From assembly GCA_951406725.2 (NCBI GenBank), contig OX597821.1, positions 105,834,001-105,898,000 of the forward strand: 64,000 nt of DNA, written 5' to 3'. The notes beneath the pieces were generated by a model, which made no database searches, had not been told where the DNA came from, and saw nothing but the letters and a program-made list of their open reading frames with translations. The translations under genes were made by a program, and so were the position numbers. Positions 61,545 through 64,000 of the stretch are shown piece by piece. How positions within the stretch are numbered: position 1 is the first letter of the stretch; every line of letters begins with the position of its first letter. The DNA is from Octopus vulgaris (taxonomy: Eukaryota).

Positions 61545-62085
61545 GTTATTCTTTAATTGAAAGCAGGCAACAACAAATCACAGAAAGTTTCAAGTAGTGC
61601 CGCCTACTCTGACACAAGCAGACAATACTCAACTTAGAATACGAGCTGTACCAAACAATGCTGTCTTCTGGATCACCTTGAGCCTGACAGCATCTCCAAT
61701 ATTCTTAATATTTTTTGAAAGCCCTCGAAGACTGCTCCTAATGCTCCAATTTTCACCACTATCACCATTACATTCCTCATGCCCCATAACTTTCCTATCT
61801 CGTCGCGCAGTGGCTGGTATTTCTCACTCTTTCTGTTTCCTAACATTTCACGCCCGAATAGCCTTATATTGCAACATCTATTATCTTTACTTCTTTTTCA
61901 TCTTTATGGATGATCACGTTATCTGGTCGTTTCGCCTTTATGACGTGGTCGCACTGAATGTTAAAATCCCAGACTGTTTTGTTCTGCTCGTTATTGCATT
62001 ACGCTCTCTGGCTTGTATTCATATCATTGTTCCGCTCTCTCGAGGTTTGCTTTACCGCACAACAGCCACTGGATATATCCACACT
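61545..62085 (-). mobile_element. Degenerate 3' part of an RLE retrotransposon, family D
   Basis: Minus strand, with stops and frameshifts: YIQWLLCGKANLERAEQ*YEYKPESV, VWDFNIQCDHVIKAKRPDNVII..IIDVAI, EKYQPLRDEIGKLWGM..KIGALGAV, IQKTALFGTARILS. Confidence 0.82.
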
Positions 62086-63237
62086 CGTGTCCGATGACTC
62101 CACGCTGTCGGGCACAAGGGAGCTTGCTTCGTTGGTTGGCTGGTTTGCTGCTTGCTTGCTTACACTTACGTAATCAATGCGCACCCCGTTTGCCCGAGCC
62201 TCCTCCAACGTCTTCACTTCGGAGCACTGAGCAGAGATCGCATCGCCTTAGTGCGTCGACATGCGCACGCGCTCGTGCTAGATAACGGTGACGACGACAA
62301 ACAGCATCACCTTAGCCGTCGACCATCGCCGCTGTCGCCTACATAACACACGGACACACACTCCCTCTGGCTTGTATTCATATCATTGTTCAGCTCTCTC
62401 AAGGTTCGTTTTACTGCACAACAGCCACTGGATATATTCACTCTCATCCAAGAACGAAGCCAAAAAGCACATGCAGCAGTGTTGATATTAAATTCCACCA
62501 GCCTGAAGAAATCAGTCAGAGAAGAATCCTATATTGAAGGGCAAATTCACGATGGTGCTCCAGCATTTGCGAGTCCGCGTGGCTGAAACGAATTGAAGAA
62601 TAAAAAAATAAAGGGAATAAATACTTATTTTTAGCTATTCATAGATATGTGCATTATGGCTGCAGAAATAATTTCGAATCTATGTAACTTAAAGAGAGTA
62701 AATGGGGAAACGGGTCACCATATATTGTATGAAGCCTAAAACAGATTTAACAATTTATAAGAATGGAAAAGAACACAAAAACATTGATAGAGAACAATGC
62801 AAGCAAGAATAAGAGATATGGATGTAGGGGATAATATTGGTAGTTGGAGAGAGAAATGCGAAGGATAAATAATGAGGGAATACAGAATGGTTTAGAGATT
62901 CGTCTTCAGGAGAAGACGGGGAATAATACGGAAGAAGGGGTCGATCAGTGAAACAGGTTGAAGAGAAATAGGAATGAAAAGCAGGTGCAGATAAAGGAAT
63001 GAATACAAATACGAAGTTAAGAGCGAGCAGTCTGGATTCAGGAAAGGAGTGAAGAAGAAAGCATATATTTTTAATAGCGTCTTGCTACGTTTGTTTACGT
63101 CTGTGAGTTTGTCTATATGTTTCTTTGACAGATGGTGTATGCATATATGCTTGTCTGTGTCCGAGTGTTTTTTATCTGCGTATTTCTGCGACTGTATATA
63201 TGTATGTATCTATGTATTTATCTATGTTCCTGTATAA

Positions 63238-63282
<45 letters not shown>

Positions 63283-63283
<1 letters not shown>

Positions 63284-63497
63284 CGGGAAGCTTTATGAAG
63301 ATAAAGAAAAGACGAAGGCAGGTGGAATACAAACAAATAATTCTATTAGTATGGCGCTCAGGAATATAAATAAAACAAATCTTTTACGTTTCGAGCCTAC
63401 GCTCTTCAACAGAAAGATACACAGAAAAGAAACACGGAGAGAAATAAGGAGAGAAAATAAATGCGTGCAGAAGCTAGCGAATCAACATGGCGATCTG

Positions 63498-63499
<2 letters not shown>
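63283..63499 (-). mobile_element. 217-bp (TA)n-embedded element with hammerhead motif, copy 2
   Basis: Flanked by (TA)n on both sides; near-identical to 34838-35054. Confidence 0.6.
63379..63418 (-). ncRNA. Minimal type I hammerhead ribozyme-like motif
   Basis: Minus strand AUCUUU-CUGUUGA-A-GAGC-GUAG-GCUC-GAAA-CG-UA-AAAGAU: perfect stems I and II, palindromic ACGU stem III, A6U core variant. Confidence 0.62.
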
Positions 63500-63545
<46 letters not shown>

Positions 63546-63867
63546 CGGTATTAGGGCGTGTATATGTCTTGAAAAAATTACAAAAATCGATTCCAGGTGA
63601 GAATGCGATCGATAAAGCCGTGGGAAAGTGCATTTGTACGCGCAAGTACATCAGCTGTTGCGATCGATACTACGCGTACGCAAGAACATTGCTCGTGCAC
63701 TTTGCGCATATTGGAATATATAAAAAAAGTTCTAGCTTTATTTCTCCTTTTGCTGGTGTCTCAAATTTAGATTAAATCAGTGTTTCCCAAAGGGGAAGCC
63801 TGTGGGACGGTCGGACAACATTTTTTGTGAAAATTTGGTTTAAAGGATTCACAATTCAGCACCGTCC

Positions 63868-63902
<35 letters not shown>

Positions 63903-63909
63903 CACAAAA

Positions 63910-63984
<75 letters not shown>
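63868..63984. repeat. (TA)n/(CA)n microsatellite
   Basis: Direct dinucleotide runs. Confidence 0.95.
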
Positions 63985-63987
<3 letters not shown>

Positions 63988-64000
63988 TCTCTTTATTTTC

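Overview
AT-rich eukaryotic repeat region with no recognisable host gene. The tRNA-derived SINE and microsatellite context suggest an octopus/cephalopod genome (inferred, not searched). The window is mostly 3-4 segmental copies of one composite block: (TA)n, a 99-bp minisatellite, then a (TAA)n microsatellite field. That field carries head-to-tail, same-orientation (minus strand) RLE-type non-LTR retrotransposons of the R4/Dong type. These are one near-full-length but dead element (family A: Myb-like N-terminus, RT with YMDD, CCHC knuckle, PD..D endonuclease) and 3' remnants of families B and C. A 581-bp non-coding insert or a tRNA-SINE also sits in the field. About half the window is a complex AAAATTTT-module satellite that switches strand at snap-back palindromes and interrupts the retroelements at microhomologies. 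A second duplicated block (about 33.3-35.4 kb and 61.5-63.9 kb) holds a fourth RLE remnant (family D) and a 217-bp (TA)n-embedded element with a minimal Penelope-type hammerhead ribozyme motif. Several stretches look like blended long-read consensus, so some of the architecture may be assembly artefact.
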